The translations under genes were made by a program, and so were the position numbers. This document shows, piece after piece, positions 63,363 through 64,000 of a stretch of DNA of 64,000 nt (position 1 is the stretch's first letter; every line of letters starts with the position of its first letter). A model generated the notes under the pieces. The model saw nothing but the letters and a program-made list of their open reading frames with translations, was not told the origin of the DNA and did not search any database. This stretch comes from Klebsiella phage vB_KpnM_KB57: sequence record NC_028659.1. One strand, given 5' to 3'.

Positions 63363-63769
63363 CTTACCTCCACAGGTTCAATAAAATAGTTCTGGCCTTG
63401 TTTTGTTTGACAAAATGAACCAATGTACCAGACACCGCCGCCGCCATGCTGGGTGCTGCGGAGAATATCATACCCACCAAGATTTTCCGCTTTTTGGACA
63501 TTTTCTGGTGCATCGACTATCTTCATCAGCAAATCAAAACCAGACATCGACATCAGGAACTTGTTCCCACCTTGATCGACCATTTCGATATTAGCAGCAG
63601 AACGACCACGACTGAATCCAGTGTACTGGAGTTTCAGCTCGCGAATTTCATGACGATCGGAAACATCCACCTTATCTTCCATCTTCCAGTCATGGGCATA
63701 CCCGGTATACCAAGCATTACTGCCTTTGAGGTATAGTGCGGGATATCCACGCTTTCCTAACTTAGCCAT
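63359..63769 (-). CDS. Hypothetical protein (136 aa from the internal Met)
   Basis: RBS GGAGG before the internal ATG. Confidence 0.5.
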   Translation of the reverse strand: MAKLGKRGYPALYLKGSNAWYTGYAHDWKMEDKVDVSDRHEIRELKLQYTGFSRGRSAANIEMVDQGGNKFLMSMSGFDLLMKIVDAPENVQKAENLGGYDILRSTQHGGGGVWYIGSFCQTKQGQNYFIEPVEVR

Positions 63770-63965
63770 ATCTAACCTCCTGCGGGACGGCTGCGAGCAT
63801 GGCGGCGCGGCAGGATTCATACTTCGCCATCACGACCAAAACGCCATGATTCCATGCATGCTCATCAATTGAGTCGCACGTTTTACATTCTTCAATTGCC
63901 GCTTCGAATATCGACACATCATCCGGCACTACCGGAGAGTTGCCAGCCTCATAAGCTACGCGCAT
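63762..63965 (-). CDS. Hypothetical protein (67 aa)
   Basis: Overlap coupling. Another ORF continues beyond the window end. Confidence 0.4.
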   Translation of the reverse strand: MRVAYEAGNSPVVPDDVSIFEAAIEECKTCDSIDEHAWNHGVLVVMAKYESCRAAMLAAVPQEVRYG

Positions 63966-64000
63966 CCAGTGATAAAAAGCTTCTGCGGTAACACAGCCGC

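Noticed and set aside
50620-64000. Possibility that the right third of the window is host chromosome or a prophage boundary
   Set aside because: No integrase, att-like tRNA junction or host housekeeping genes. Gene density, tiny ORFs with uniform phage-style initiation motifs, and phage-like promoters argue for contiguous phage DNA. The GC-rich hairpins are intergenic structures, not REP elements.

Overview
This window reads as a densely packed, AT-leaning bacteriophage genome segment, not bacterial chromosome. From memory it is most reminiscent of a large virulent enterobacterial myovirus (Felix O1 / Ounavirinae-like); no search was run, so that placement is a guess. No structural or terminase genes were recognised.

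Layout, left to right:
- 1-7.9 kb, minus strand: a tRNA gene cluster and small strongly expressed genes. Each of the latter has a TTGAC(A/G)-N17-TAGTAT promoter and an AAGGAG ribosome-binding site. It ends with a NAMPT + PRPP-synthetase pair, the two-enzyme NAD+ reconstitution module known as NARP2.
- 7.9-8.2 kb: a divergent promoter region carrying paired palindromic operators.
- 8.2-43.3 kb, plus strand: a long early / DNA-metabolism operon set. Recognised functions are a split Pnkp-like RNA-repair trio (calcineurin-like phosphoesterase, Rnl-type RNA ligase, P-loop polynucleotide kinase), a SIR2-like protein and an ATP-type DNA ligase. Further along are a MazG-like protein, a ribbon-helix-helix protein next to an SPFH/Band-7 lipoprotein, a NADAR (ADP-ribose processing) domain protein and HNH endonucleases. 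The DNA-handling group comprises a FEN 5'-3' exonuclease, RuvC-like and endonuclease VII resolvases, a DnaQ-like exonuclease, a dNMP-kinase-like protein and a HAD hydrolase. The run continues with ThyX, NrdA, NrdB and a glutaredoxin-like protein, then a GH19 endolysin, PhoH, a DprA/SLOG-like protein and a ClpP-family peptidase. It closes with an N6-adenine methyltransferase, a CCA-adding enzyme and a minimal-nucleotidyltransferase-fold protein.
- 43.3-45.5 kb, minus strand: a 548-aa protein with five zinc-ribbon repeats and a C-terminal T5orf172 / GIY-YIG-like domain.
- 45.6-50.4 kb, plus strand: a block of short genes with overlapping stop/start codons.
- 50.6-52.4 kb: a 1.8-kb non-coding, repeat-rich region. 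It includes a perfect 20-bp inverted repeat flanking 164 bp, and it could be an origin or another cis element.
- 52.4-61 kb, minus strand: about 23 very small genes. Each is separated from the next by a GC hairpin followed by a conserved AAAGGTAAAC ribosome-binding site.
- 61.8-62.0 kb: three ~70-bp iteron-like tandem repeats.
- 62.3-64 kb: further minus-strand genes running off the window.

The functional assignments are based on motifs recognised by eye and should be confirmed by HMM or structure searches. The two most striking themes are (i) a dispersed NAD+/ADP-ribose-centred gene set (NAMPT, Prs, SIR2, NADAR, SLOG-like) and (ii) the hairpin-RBS cassette array of unknown small proteins.
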